DNA from: a virus
IMG/VR virus record: IMGVR_UViG_3300044640_003674
Location: 4,167-68,166 of that record
Reading direction: 5' to 3' (one strand)
Length of the DNA stretch: 64,000 nt
The translations under genes were made by a program, and so were the position numbers. How positions within the stretch are numbered: position 1 is the first letter of the stretch; the number at the start of each line of letters is the position of its first letter. The notes below the pieces were generated by a model that saw only the letters and a list, made by a program, of their open reading frames with translations, made no database searches and was not told where the DNA came from. Positions 63,522 to 64,000 of the stretch are shown here, in pieces.

Positions 63522-64000
63522 GGGCTCGGCTGATTGCTTCGCTTCTCTTGCTGGCTTCTCTCGGTGGCGCAGCCTGGTTGGGGTATCTGCAAGGCACTTC
63601 AGTTGAGCGTGCTGTCTGGCACACCAAGCAAGCCAAGATCAACAAGGACAACAGGGATACGGAGCTCGAGCTTCGGGTCCGTAACCAGAAGCTGGAGATT
63701 CGTTATGAAGAGCTCAAGGAAGACCACCAACAGTCTGTTGCTGCTACTCGCACTGAGCTTGATCGGGTGCGCTTCCTCCTCTCGAAAAGAGGAAAGCCTG
63801 TACCAGGTGAAGCCAGTGCAAATACCAGCACCGGACCCACAGTTGATGAAGCCCCCATCCCAGTCGAGCGGGAGCTATTCGGACAATGTGCGGCAGCTCT
63901 TGTTGACCTGGCAGAAGAGGCTGACGGACTGAAGCTGCAGCTGACTGGCTTGCAGTTCTACGTCAACGAGGTGGTCTTTAGGAAGCCAGCACATGAGTGA
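63518..64000 (+). CDS. Rz-like i-spanin
   Basis: N-terminal TM followed by coiled coil; ATGA overlap with the endolysin; stop at 63998-64000. Confidence 0.82.
   Translation: MRARLIASLLLLASLGGAAWLGYLQGTSVERAVWHTKQAKINKDNRDTELELRVRNQKLEIRYEELKEDHQQSVAATRTELDRVRFLLSKRGKPVPGEASANTSTGPTVDEAPIPVERELFGQCAAALVDLAEEADGLKLQLTGLQFYVNEVVFRKPAHE
63705..63932 (+). CDS. Rz1-like o-spanin lipoprotein embedded in Rz
   Basis: GGAG RBS, MKSSRK...LLLLLALSLIGC lipobox, Pro-rich; +1 frame. Confidence 0.85.
   Translation: MKSSRKTTNSLLLLLALSLIGCASSSRKEESLYQVKPVQIPAPDPQLMKPPSQSSGSYSDNVRQLLLTWQKRLTD

Noticed and set aside
1-64000. Integrase, repressor, att site, reverse transcriptase or DGR
   Set aside because: No such motifs or template/variable repeat pair seen in this window; the missing part of the genome cannot be assessed.

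Overview
This window covers most of the genome of a GC-rich N4-like podovirus (Schitoviridae), apparently circularly permuted, with the expected physical genome end near 14.8-15.0 kb. 1-14.7 kb (minus strand) holds early and middle genes: gp1/gp2-like, the two RNAPII subunits, a MoxR AAA/vWA pair, a Dda-like helicase, and a family A DNA polymerase split by a group I intron (746-1566) that encodes an HNH homing endonuclease. 15.0-39.6 kb (plus strand) holds terminase, portal, capsid, ejection proteins and a 3370-aa virion RNA polymerase. 40.5-50.3 kb (minus strand) holds resolvase, SSB, Sak4-like ATPase, primase, exonuclease, NrdJ and ThyX. 50.5-64.0 kb (plus strand) holds a large tail/receptor-binding cluster and a holin / SAR endolysin / Rz / Rz1 cassette. 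The most unusual element is an ~880-nt non-coding, densely base-paired region (39584-40460) at the 3' end of the middle transcript. It contains two copies of a covarying hairpin, each followed by a ~20-bp stem, plus a C4-like RNA, long-range pairings and an aberrant tRNA-like domain, and is a candidate large phage ncRNA or multi-RNA precursor. Also notable are four GGNA-tetraloop hairpin promoters, a helically phased array of palindromes, and a triplicated small-gene family between the RNAPII subunits. All product calls come from motif recognition and N4 synteny; no database searches were run.
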